Source: Utricularia gibba
Taxonomy: Eukaryota; Plantae; Magnoliophyta
Length of the DNA: 64,000 nt
Reading direction: 5' to 3'
Assembly: GCA_002189035.1 (NCBI GenBank)
Contig: NEEC01000004.1
Location: 3,596,001-3,660,000 of the forward strand
The notes under the pieces are model-generated. The model was not told where the DNA came from and did no database searches. It was given only the letters and a program-made list of their open reading frames with translations. Positions 39,401-51,569 of the stretch are shown here, in pieces (the first letter of the stretch is position 1; each line of letters starts with the position of its first letter). Made by a program: the position numbers and the translations under genes.

Positions 39401-40345
39401 CGCCTTTACCCAACTAGAATCTTGAGAGGCGTCAAAACAATTTTCTGGTTTATGTAGACTATTAAGCTTAACCATAAAGGCTAAATCTACTTTGTCAAAA
39501 GATGGTGAACTCATGCCTAGATTGGGGTCATAGTACACCATCTTGATAACACATGGTATTGTAGTAAATTCTAATTAAAAAAAATATGTGTTATCTTATA
39601 GAAATTTGAATTTTATGTATTTGCATAATTTGTACTTTTTTTCAAAAATTTGAACTCAATCAATGATTTAATTTAAATCTTAATCTAAATCTACCCCTCT
39701 AAGGTCTATGCTAACCAAGTCTATCTTAGGAAAAGAGATACTAAAATGGAATTCTATGAGTCGAAAAAGTAGAGGACGGGAACATATCAGTAGAAAAGAT
39801 GGGATTTGGAAGGAGGAATCTTAAGGAAGAACATAAACTGTGTAAGAGGAAAATAGCATTCCCATATCAGTTGAAGAACACAGTCTTAGAAGCGTTACTG
39901 CTAGCTAAGAATAGCGTCTTGCATCAAGAACATATGTTTGAATTTATTGTTTATTCCCTACTCGATAGATTGTGATTATGAAGCTATTTTATCTATCCTT
40001 AGTATAAATAGATACTTTCATGATGCGTGCTGTTCCACAACAAATTTTAAAGATTTTTTAAAGCGTAAAACACAAAAGGTATAATAAGAGTGTTGATCAT
40101 AGAAAGTTGATTTTTGAGAGAATTGTGAGATTTGAACTAAATGCAAATTGTCATGATTTTATAAATAGGTTTGTAAAAGCAAATGGCACGTAAATAATGA
40201 AACTTGAGTAAAGAAATCACAAAACAAATTACAAAAGTGAACTTTATGGTGAACCTTAAATAAAAGAGTTTTCTGTAGGATTAGAATCTTGCCTAATTAC
40301 ATTCGTTGTATCTTCACTCTTCTCTATTCTTTTTGAGTACTCTAT

Positions 40346-41652
40346 TGTTGCGTATCGTTTCCTCAACAAATTTTAAATATTTTAAAACATAAAACACTAG
40401 AAAGCGTAGTACGAGTATCGATCTCAGAGAGTTGTTTTTCGTGAAAAGTGTTTGCAAGCAACTTCTACAAAATGTCACAGTTTTGTAAAAGGGGGTTTTT
40501 AAGATGTAGAAATGAAAGATACAACCTAAGTAATGGGCCTTGACTACGGGACGCAGTTCCTGGGAATAAGACTCCATCTCCTTCCTTTGTTCGTCCTTGC
40601 CTCGGTTTTCACTGATTTCTTCCGAATAGCTGGTTATAGGAGCAAGGAATAGCCTACTCTCCCTTACACTCTGATTGACAAGGAGGCACGGGAATAGCCT
40701 CATGTGATTCCCCCTTGGACGATTAGGAAGACAAGAGGATTGCCTTCGATTGCCTTCAAAACCGAATTGTGCGCGTGTGCCCAGCTGTTGCCAATGGCTA
40801 GTGGCAGGTACGAGGTCACAACCTATCCACTGTCGCGGTACCTAGGCCACAAACAATCTGCTACTTCCCTCGAACCAGCAGGGTTGGAGTTGGTGCTCTT
40901 CACCTTGATCTTCACCAAAATCCGCGAGAAGTGGCCTGCTACTCATGGACCTTGACTAAGAGTCGTTACAGAAAGACTGTAACAAGACGCGTGGAAGTAT
41001 GCGGAATCTGAATGGAATTCAGTGAAGAACCGAGTATATTGCTCAGGACTTGGAGGGAAACTTCATCTACTTTCCAAAAACTAAAGGTTTTAGCCCGAAA
41101 GGGCCATGGAAAACAGAAACAAAAGGAAACTAAGTGTTCTTCCTCCTTGAGGGGAGGAAGAACTCAAAAGTTCTAAGTACAAGAGAAAATGTTCAAAAGT
41201 TCTCAACTAAGTGCTCCAAGTGGCTTTTATATGACTTCCCACGTGCATTAACTCCTTTGGGTCCCCTTCCCATCATTCCTTCTGTCTTGCGTGTGCCAAC
41301 AGACTTTCTTTGCGTGCAAGTTTGCGCCCAATAATTGCAGCAGACTCTGACATGGCGTAAGTCATGGGCCTTGACCAATGTCAGTCTTCCGCCCACAATC
41401 ATTCCAACTTGCGTACAAGGCACGAAAACTCAGAGTTCGACCACCTGCAATACTCTTGCAATTCTCCTGACAGTCTCCTGACATGCCTCGGTCAAAGTGT
41501 GAGAAAAAATGCATAAAATATATACAAAATGGGAAAATAGGAATTTTCTAGTAAAAATCAAATACTTAATAATAAGACTCATAATTGGGCGACTTAGCAC
41601 TTAATTAATACATAATAATAACTAAATAATAACTAGAAAATGACACTTAACA
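40346..41652 (-). mobile_element. Element-2 3' LTR
   Basis: TGTTG...TTAACA on the plus strand, with the PPT immediately to its right. Confidence 0.93.
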
Positions 41653-41670
41653 TATTCCCCCACACTTAAA
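41653..41670 (-). other. Polypurine tract of element 2 (TTTAAGTGTGGGGGAATA)
   Basis: Abuts the 3' LTR. A second copy lies at 42441-42460. Confidence 0.85.
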
Positions 41671-42501
41671 TCATGCTTGTCCTCAAGTATGAAAATCATA
41701 GCAGTCCACGAAAAAGGGGAGAACCTAAGTCATGATGCATTACTAAGGTACACTCATTCCTAGAGCAGGTATTTACTCCAATTCTTTTCCTATCCTTCAA
41801 TCAAATCAAGGCAAGCCACTCAAGTTCACATGTATCAAAATAAGATTTTACCAATGACTACTTATACACTAACAATATCAAGGTAGAAGCAGCAAAGAAC
41901 ATACACTATAGTGATTCAAGACCTTTTTTTTTTTTTTTTTTGTTAGAGGTCCCCGCTTTGGGGAAGAATATTTGGATTACAAAACCTCATGTGTGGTGTT
42001 AACCACGGTTTCGCCAAACATCCTTACCTTTGGCACCCTTATTTTTTCTCTCTCTTTTTTTTTTTTTTTTTTCGGTCTGGTCACTATAGAAGCAGCAAAA
42101 GTTTATTCACAACATAATATATACAAGGACTGAAAATGTAATCATAGTCACGGTGTAATCTTTCCTAAAACATGCAACAAAAGTTTGATATCTAGGAAGA
42201 AAAATAATTGGAGTATTTTCCTACCAGCAAGGAATTCATGAACCTAAGCATGATCAATTCTGAAAATTCTAGCCTTATTCGTGGGAGCAAATGTACTTGA
42301 GGAGCATAGTGGGGATTTTTCACAAACAAAAACAAAAAGGAAAATCAAAACATGGAGCACGAAAACAGAAAAAAAATTCAACAAAGTTTCACATATACGT
42401 CCTAATGCCCAGAAAATACTAGAAAATAAAAAGAAACATAAACTCCTCCCCCACACTTAATTTTGAGGATGTCCTCATCATCAAGTGCAGCGGAGGGTAC
42501 C

Positions 42502-44187
42502 TTAATCATGGGGCATGCGGTAGTGTGAAGCAGTAGCCATAAGAGTGTCCAACTTCGTGGAAAGCGCAGAAACTTGTGCCTGGAGACTCTGAATAGCTAG
42601 CAGCAGGGTGTGCTTGGTGGGGCTGGAGGGTGCAGTGCTCAAAGGAATGTCTGTTGGCGTACCATATGGATTCACAATGGAAGGAGGCATAGAAGTAATG
42701 GTACTTTTGGTACCCGCTTGAACAAAAACGGCCTTCCCCTCAACCTCCTTCAGGTAGCTGCAAGAAAACAGGTCATCTAAATCTAGATAACGGAGATGAT
42801 TATCTACCTGAGGGGTCTATTTTTCCAGGTTCACTTTCAAGTGTTGGGCGAGCTTGGTGATGAGTGAAGCAAATGGGAGCACTCTTTCATTCTTGGCGGT
42901 GATGGAATGCATTTGAGTTGCAATCCACCATCCCAAGTTGATGGGGAGCTTCTTCATCATCGCCCACAGAAAGAACACGATCACCTTGGCAATGATGCTG
43001 GTGCCTTGTCGGGTTGCACTGTAACAGCCTCCCAAATACCTGTTCAACACTAAAAGAGCAAGGGCCCTCAAGTAATGGGCCTTGAGTTTGCGTACAGAAT
43101 ATGGGGGCTCACAGACAGACATTGAAGCATATGCATTCAGCACATTAAAATGTTCAAGATAATCACAGAAGGCTTGGAGGTAACGAGTAGTGACTAAATC
43201 AAATTCAGAAACGAAGCCTAAAGCCACATTAAAATCATTGATAGACATACGAAAATTTTTGCCTCCAAGGCGGAAAGAAATCAAATTTTCAGCAAGGGGA
43301 TTTCCAGCCACATCCTCAAACACAAAAGTAGTGTAAAATTCAAAAACAAGTTTGGGGTAAACTGGAAGACTAATTTCAGAAAATTGTCGCCACTCAGGAG
43401 AAGCATCAAATAAGCGATTAATATCAGCAAGTAGATTCAGATGCACCAAAGTAGGCGTATGCAACTTAAAATCAAACAAAATTCTGCGCGAGGTCAAGAG
43501 ATTAAATAGAAGTTGAGCATTCTTATCTGAAAATTTCACAGTGTTTTTCAGCTGAGTCCAAGAAGGGGACTCCAGTGCTCGGTCTCGCCAGAATTTTGTG
43601 CGACCGTGCTGTCCTTTACCTCGCTGTGTGGGCTGAGTTGCTTCATCTACATCCTGTTCTCCGGGAAGGAACTCTAGGCATGGCCCTTCATTAGCAGCAC
43701 GCTCCATTTCAGAAATCCAGAGATCGACCTCTTCGTCGATGTTGATCTCTTCAGGGGAATCTTCGTCCTGTGCTGGAGAAGGGGATGAGTGAATAATAGG
43801 AATTTCTTTTTCCGTACCTTTTTCTCCAGCAAGTTCTTCCGGTTGTATGGGCTGCGGGCTCTCGGGAGCAGAAATTGCTGTTGGGGAATTTGGTTCTGAG
43901 GACTCAGGTGCATCAGCAGCAACAGTAGCGGCAGCAGGGACTGGGTACCACTCCAGGTACAGCACCGGAGACACAATGGTAAGAGGCGTGGCTTCAATCG
44001 GAACAGACTCCGTCGTAGCGCCTAGAGATGGCTCATGAGCAGTGGGAACAGAAGCATCTGTTGGGTTGTTGGTGCGGCGACGCTGGGTTCTTCTGGATGG
44101 TCTAGCAGCAGCAGGTTGACGCTTTCGAGTTGCTGCCTTAGCAGCACTTGCGCTTCGGGTAACCGGAGATGTGGGGCGTCCAGACAT
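42502..44187 (-). pseudogene. Element-2 extra 3' ORF (env-like), one in-frame stop
   Basis: The 456-aa ORF and ORF 42502-42690 share a frame. Motifs VYPKLVFEFYTTF and SFRLGGKNFRMSINDFNVALGF. Confidence 0.78.
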
Positions 44188-44476
44188 TGTGGGTCGAAAA
44201 ATCAGAGAATTTCAGGCGAGAGAAGGAAGAATTGGAGCGTAGGCACAACAGCGAAGTGGGGTAACGGTCAGTAAAAATGGGAATGCCAAAAGAGAAAAAG
44301 GGAGATTGAGTGTAGAAACGGTTAAGAGAGTAAGTGGTGGCGTGGGCAGGTGAAAGTAAAGTCACTTGAAGTAGTAGGTGATAAAAACGAGGAAATAGTA
44401 ACGGTTACGAAATTAAAGTCATGGGTTGCCTCCCATGCAGCGCCAATTTACAGTCATTGGCCGACTGTGACATCTG

Positions 44477-47400
44477 TTAATGGCCCTCGACTAGCAGTAA
44501 GCTGCACACACTGTGCGGCTTAAAATTCTCATAAAATGGCTTCAATCGGTGTCCATTCACCTTAATGTTTTTCCCTGTCTCAAATGAGCGAATAATAATA
44601 GCACCAGAGGGAAAAACATTCACAACTTCATAAGGTCCAATCCACTTAGAACGCAATTTACCGGGAAAGAGTTTCAAGGTAGTATCAAATAAGAGAACTT
44701 TTTGACCTACAAAAAATTGCTTCCCATGTAACTTACTGTCATGGTAGCGTTTTACCTTTTCCTTGTGCAGGAGCTGGTTAGTGTAGGCATTGAGGCGAAT
44801 TTCATCCAGCTCATTTAGGTCTAAAAGTCTGTTCTCCCCAGCTTGATCACTAGTCAGGTTGCATGACTTGACGGCCCAGTATGCCCTGTGATGCAATTCA
44901 AAAGATAGATGACATGTCTTACCATAGATCATTCGGTATGGAGACATTCCTATAGGATTCTTGTAAGCTGTACGGTATGCCCATAGTGCATCATTGAGCC
45001 TTGAGCTTCAATCTCACCTATTTGGGTTCACGGTACGCTCCAAGATCCTTTTCACCTCTCTATTTGATATTTCCGCCATGCCATTTGTTTGCGGATGCCT
45101 AGCTGTGGACAGGCGGTGGTTGACTCCATATTTGGCCAATGCACTCTTGATGGCATGATTCACGAAATGGGTGCCACGATCTGAAATAATGATCTTGAGA
45201 TGTCCAAACCTAGGGAACAAAATATTAGTCAAGAAATTACCCACGGTTTTGGCATCATCCCTTTCACAAGCAATGGCCTCCACCCATTTAGAAACATAAT
45301 CAACAGCAAGAAGTATGTAGAGCTTCCCTTGAGAAGGCGGAAATGGTCCCATGAAGTCAATGCCCCATGCATCAAAGATCTCACACATGATAATGGGTTG
45401 AAGGGGCATTTGATCCTTGTATCCCAAATTTCCTCCTCTTTGACAATTTGAGCATGCCTTGCAATGAAGGTAGGCATCCTTGAATATGGTAGGCCAATAA
45501 AATCCAGCCTCCAGAACCTTCTTTGCAGTAACTTTTGCACCAAAATGTCCACCGCAAGGTAGCTCATGGCAATGTGAAAGAAGAGAGTGCACTTCATCTT
45601 GGGGGATCCATCTCCTAATAATCTGATCAGTTCCGATTTTCCAGAGGTATGGATCATTCCATATGAAATTCAGGCTATCACTCCTCAATTTCTCCTTCTG
45701 GTAGTGCTGGAAATCTGCAGGAAACTGTCCAGTCACTAAAAAATTAACAATGTCAGCGTACCAGGGACTCTCGTCATGAATCATGAATAAGTGTTCGTCC
45801 GGGAAACTGTCATCGATAAGATTGATTTTTCTCCAGAAGTTATGCGGCTGAGATGGTCTGCAACTAAATTCTCGCATCCTTTCTTGTCCTTGATCTCGAA
45901 ATCAAATTCTTGAAGCAATAAGATCCATCTTATGAGTCTAGGCTTCGAATCCTTCTTGGTGAGGAGATATTTCAGGGCGGCATGGTCTGAATAGACTATG
46001 ACTTTGGCTCCTAGCAAATAAGATCGAAATTTTTCCAAGGCAAACACAATGGCCAGCAGCTCCTTTTCTGTAGTAGTGTAGCTCTTTTGGGCATCATCAA
46101 GGCACTTGGACACATAGTGGATAACATGGGATTGTTTATCCACCTTTTGTCCCAAAACCGCACCTAGAGCTACATCACTTGCATCACACATTAGTTCAAA
46201 TGGTAGGCTCCAATTTGGAGCCTGAATAATGGGAGCGGAAACAAGCTTCTCTTTCAAAACATCAAAGACGTGCATGCATTTTTCATCAAAATGAAACTCA
46301 ACATCTTTATGCAATAAGGCACAAAGAGGAGATGCAATTTTTGAAAAATCTTGAATAAACCTACGATAAAATCCAGCATGTCCAAGGAAAGAACGTACAT
46401 CTCTCACACAAGTAGGATAAGGTAATTTTTGGATTACCTCAATTTTGGCCTTGTCAACCTCAATTCCCTTTTGGGAAACAACATGTCCTAAAATGATACC
46501 TTGTTCTACCATGAAATGACATTTCTCATAATTCAAAACAAGGTTAGTCTCTACACAACGTTTCTGAATCAAAGACAAATTAGCAAGACATTCATCAAAG
46601 CTATTTCCATGCATCTCTAAAATGTTGCTGTTGCATTGCAAAGTCCAAAAGGCATTTTATGGTAAGCAAAAGTTCCAAAAGGGCAAACGAAAACAACCTT
46701 AGATTGGTCCTCAAGAGCCACGGGTATTTGATGAAAACCGGAGTATCCATCCAAGCAGCAATAATGACTCCTTCCAGCAAGTCTTTCCAACATTTGGTCG
46801 ATGAATGGAAGTGGGTAGTGGTCCTTCTTGGTGGCTGCGTTCAATTTTCGGTAATCTACGCACATTCGCCAGCCATTTTGCACTCTTGTAGGCAGGAGTT
46901 CCCCTTGGTCATTGGCCATGACTGTGATACCTGTTTTCTTCGGGACAACCTGCACAGGGCTAACCCACTCACTATCAGAAATAGGATAGATTATACCTGC
47001 AGCCAATAACTTCAGAATCTCCTTCTTGACCACTTCAATCATAGGTGGATTCAATCTCCTCTGGGGTTGGCGAATTGGCTTTGTTCCCGCCTCCAAATAG
47101 ATGCGGTGAGTGCATATGGAGTGACTTATTCCTTTGATATCCGCCAATGTCCACCCAATTGCCTGTTTGTGCTCCTAGAGCACACTCCTGAGTTTTTCCT
47201 CCTGTTCCAGGGTTAGTGTACTAGAGATAATAACAGGTAAAGTCTCATTTTCGCCCAGAAATAAATATTTCAAATGTTTAGGCAGTGCTTTTAACTCTAG
47301 TAATGGGGCATGAATAACGGAAGGAATCAGCAGTTTCTCAGGCATTTCTAAACTCAAAAAAGCAACGTCAGAAAATTCAGGTTTTTCAGGAAAATAATCA

Positions 47401-49860
47401 AGATAATTTAAAAGTTCGGAATCAAAAAAAGAAATACGATCAGAATCAAAGTTTTCAGTAAGACATTTGAGCAAGGGATCTTGCTCATGGACCATCGCTA
47501 AGTGTTCTACATCTGCGTCAGATGTAGATATTGAGCAAATCTCGTTAATCTGGTCCGGATATTGCATGGCTTTGTCCAGGCTAAAGTCCAGCACTTGTCC
47601 ATCAAACTGTAGAGAAATCGTGCCGGCTTGGACATCAATTTTGGTGCCTGCAGTAGCCATAAACGGTCGTCCCAAAATGATGGACTCCGAAATCATGGGA
47701 TTTTCACTCTCCATGGGAATAACTAAAAAGTCAGTAGGAAAAATTAAATCTTTAACATGCACAAACACATCATCAACTCTACCATCAGGCTTCACATGTG
47801 ATCTATCAGCTAATTGACAAACAATACTAGTAGGCTCAAGTTTACCTAGCTTAGATGCAAGAGAAAGATAAAGAGATCTAGGCATAACGTTAATTGCTGA
47901 AATATTTTCAGTCAAGGGAATTACCTCTTCCACTTTTTCCTTCTTCTTGGGGTCACATAAATCCTTCAACATTTTCGCATATTTCGGCACTTGATCTATC
48001 ATGTCCAACAAGGGAATATTCACGTTCACCTTCTTCATCACCTCCATGAATGCTTTCAGTCCACGTTTGTCCTTATTTTTCCTGCGAAGTCTCATAGGAA
48101 AAGGAGGTGGAATGACTAGAGACTTGGGTTGATCAACTTCTTTCGACTCCTCTTCCTTCACTTCTTTAGGTGGCGTTGGTACAGGAGTGTTCTGGACTAG
48201 AGAATCATCAGGATGCTCTAAAATAATCTCCTCATCCACGTCATCATCGTCATCCAAGACTTCTAATTCTTTTTCGTCAGATCTGTCCACCTTAGTCATG
48301 AACCATGGGTAAGGTTCCGGTAGATCCTTCCCACTTCTTAAGGATATGGCGTTGATGTGCTCTGGGTTCTTCACTGGTTGGGATGGCAGTGCACCTTGCG
48401 TCTCCAGTCGGTTCATGGCTTGAACCAGCTGGGTAATCTGGGTTTGCATGCTTGTAATTCGTCCATCCATCTCTTTTTGCGCAGCATGCATTTTGGTGGT
48501 GCTTTCGGCAAGGGACTTCACCAAGGACTCCAGATTATGATTTGGCTGATAAGGAACAAGAGGTTGATCTGGAACTCCAGTGATTTGCAAAGGTTGAGGC
48601 GGAGCAGTGAGAGTTCTCTGAGAAACAGCAGAGGGGTTCTCTAGTGATGGGGCTTGACCAGGAGGCACTGGTTGTCTCTAGCGGAAACCAGGATGATCTC
48701 TTCGCGGCATTTGGTGGTTTCCGTAATTATAACTTCCTCCTTGGTTCTGGTAGAATGCATTCACCTCTTCTACTGGCATCTCGTGTATCATAGGTCCTGG
48801 ATCAGATAGATGAGAGGTTGAAGATCCGTGATACCTTCCTTGTTGTTGGTAGAGTGATTGGAAGCCAAGCTTCAAGGTATCACTCATAGCAGCAAGTTGA
48901 GCTAAAACTTCGAAATTATCCACTTCGTGCACTGATTTTACAGGCTGAGAATTTCCTCCAGGCTGAGAATTATGACTACAGGCTGAGTAGTCATAACGAC
49001 TGGAAGTAGAATAAGAGTTGGCAGTCATTTGTTCTATCAATCTGCGGGCATCAGCGCTGTGGCGGTTCTCTAGTAATGACCCATTACAAGCGGCATCCAT
49101 TTGTCCTTTGATCATGGGGGTTAGTCCTTCGTAGAAATGTTGTAAAATTTGACCTTCAGTAAGCCCATTTGTAGCATGGTAGCTAAAATTTGAATCTATC
49201 ATAATACTCCTGTAAATTCTCTCCTTCACTTTGTAGCATGGTAGCTAAAGCTCTTCTTCCCGCGGAGGCTCTTCCTAGGGGCGCATATCTATCAAGAAAC
49301 TTTTGAACCATTTGCTCCCAGGTAGCAATAGAGGATGGTGGTAGTCCATACAGCCACTCCAAGGCTCGCACAGTGAGACTGAAAGGGAAGACCCGCAGCT
49401 TGACTTGGTTCTTCGTAGCACCTTTTGGGCGCATGGATGCACAAGCCGTGTGCAACTCTCTAAGATGACGATTTGGGTCGTCATTTTCTCTCCCAGTAAA
49501 CTTAGGAAGTGTCTGGAACAAATATGGTCGCAGCTCAAAGTCCTCTTCCGCATCAAAGATGATAAAAAGTGGTCAGTCAGCATGGCTGGCGGTGATTTCT
49601 TCTTTTATTGTCCTTAGTGCTGGGCCATGATTAGTGATCGGTAGAACTGGAAAAAATTGCAGATGCTGTTGCTCCTGTTCTCCATGCATTGTGGGGACTC
49701 CAGTAGATGGTTGAGCATCCATTTCTTCGTCAAGAGATAGATTTGAAGTTAGTTCCCTCTTTTTCGCCAGAAATGTGCGCTCAATCTCCGGATCTAAAGG
49801 GCATAAGATGTCTCGGTATGATCTTAAGCTTCGGTGTCCTTTTGGTGGAGCTGAATGCAT
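44477..49860 (-). pseudogene. Element-2 gag-pol, disrupted by stops, frameshifts and deletions
   Basis: gag DPEIERT and [58 protein letters not shown] and WGIDFMGPF. Confidence 0.92.
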
Positions 49861-49970
49861 AAAAATAGAGAAAAACAACAGCAAAACGGAAATAAAAGAA
49901 AAACGAGAAGAAAGAAAGAAAAAGAAAAGAAAAAGAAAAACTATAAACACTAAACACAAAAATACACAAC

Positions 49971-49988
49971 TCCCCGGCAACGGCGCCA
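49971..49988 (-). other. PBS complementary to tRNA-Asp(GTC) (TGGCGCCGTTGCCGGGGA)
   Basis: 18/18 match to the recalled tRNA-Asp 3' end, 6 nt inside the LTR. Confidence 0.92.
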
Positions 49989-49994
49989 AAAATT

Positions 49995-51301
49995 TGTTGT
50001 GTGTCGTTTCCTCAACAAATTTTAAATATTTTAAAACATAAAACACTAGAAAGCGTAGTACGAGTATCGATCTCAGAGAGTTGTTTTTCGTGAAAAGTGT
50101 TTGCAAGCAACTTCTACAAAATGTCACAGTTTTGTAAAAGGGGGTTTTTAAGATGTAGAAATGAAAGATACAACCTAAGTAATGGGCCTTGACTACGGGA
50201 CGCAGTTCCTGGGAATAAGACTCCATCTCCTTCCTTTGTTCGTCCTTGCCTCGGTTTTCACTGATTTCTTCCGAATAGCTGGTTATAGGAGCAAGGAATA
50301 GCCTACTCTCCCTTACACTCTGATTGACAAGGAGGCACGGGAATAGCCTCATGTGATTCCCCCTTGGACGATTAGGAAGACAAGAGGATTGCCTTCGATT
50401 GCCTTCAAAACCGAATTGTGCGCGTGTGCCCAGCTGTTGCCAATGGCTAGTGGCAGGTACGAGGTCACAACCTATCCACTGTCGCGGTACCTAGGCCACA
50501 AACAATCTGCTACTTCCCTCGAACCAGCAGGGTTGGAGTTGGTGCTCTTCACCTTGATCTTCACCAAAATCCGCGAGAAGTGGCCTGCTACTCATGGACC
50601 TTGACTAAGAGTCGTTACAGAAAGACTGTAACAAGACGCGTGGAAGTATGCGGAATCTGAATGGAATTCAGTGAAGAACCGAGTATATTGCTCAGGACTT
50701 GGAGGGAAACTTCATCTACTTTCCAAAAACTAAAGGTTTTAGCCCGAAAGGGCCATGGAAAACAGAAACAAAAGGAAACTAAGTGTTCTTCCTCCTTGAG
50801 GGGAGGAAGAACTCAAAAGTTCTAAGTACAAGAGAAAATGTTCAAAAGTTCTCAACTAAGTGCTCCAAGTGGCTTTTATATGACTTCCCACGTGCATTAA
50901 CTCCTTTGGGTCCCCTTCCCATCATTCCTTCTGTCTTGCGTGTGCCAACAGACTTTCTTTGCGTGCAAGTTTGCGCCCAATAATTGCAGCAGACTCTGAC
51001 ATGGCGTAAGTCATGGGCCTTGACCAATGTCAGTCTTCCGCCCACAATCATTCCAACTTGCGTACAAGGCACGAAAACTCAGAGTTCGACCACCTGCAAT
51101 ACTCTTGCAATTCTCCTGACAGTCTCCTGACATGCCTCGGTCAAAGTGTGAGAAAAAATGCATAAAATATATACAAAATGGGAAAATAGGAATTTTCTAG
51201 TAAAAATCAAATACTTAATAATAAAACTCATAATTGGGCGACTTAGCACTTAATTAATACATAATTATACCTAAATAATAACTAGAAAATGACACTTAAC
51301 A
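49995..51301 (-). mobile_element. Element-2 5' LTR
   Basis: Direct repeat of 40346-41652 at offset 9649. Confidence 0.93.
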
Positions 51302-51569
51302 TTTATTATGTGACACTTCCTTGCAAAGAGGTACGAGAATTGTATGATGCTACTTTCCCTTAGACGAATGAGAAGATAAGAGGTTCATCTGTCATTATCC
51401 TCATGATCAAATTGAACATATGTGCCTGAGTGTTACCAATGAACAAATGAGTCCATATATGATGTCACTATTTGTACATTTAACTTAAAGTACGATCATA
51501 GATAAAACATTATTTTCCTCAAACTGAAAGGGTATGAGTTGATATTTTCAACCTTACTATTCTTTCAAA

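Larger units (their letters stand above)
40346..51301 (-). mobile_element. Full-length Athila-clade LTR retrotransposon (element 2, different family), coding-defective
   Basis: 1307-bp LTRs at 40346-41652 and 49995-51301, near-TSD TCTAT/TTTAT, perfect tRNA-Asp PBS, PPT, gag-pol and extra 3' ORF. Confidence 0.95.

Noticed and set aside
39700-40345. LTR-like stretch (TATAAATAG boxes) that element 2 may have inserted into
   Set aside because: No partner LTR, termini or PBS could be identified.
13211-49995. LTR-to-LTR spacing is almost the same in the two elements (9650 vs 9649 bp)
   Set aside because: The families are different, LTR lengths differ and element 2 has deletions, so this is best treated as coincidence.
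49573-50352. 259-aa ORF spanning the 5' LTR, PBS and gag start
   Set aside because: It is a chance in-frame read through the LTR and leader; the real gag start is the ATG at 49860.
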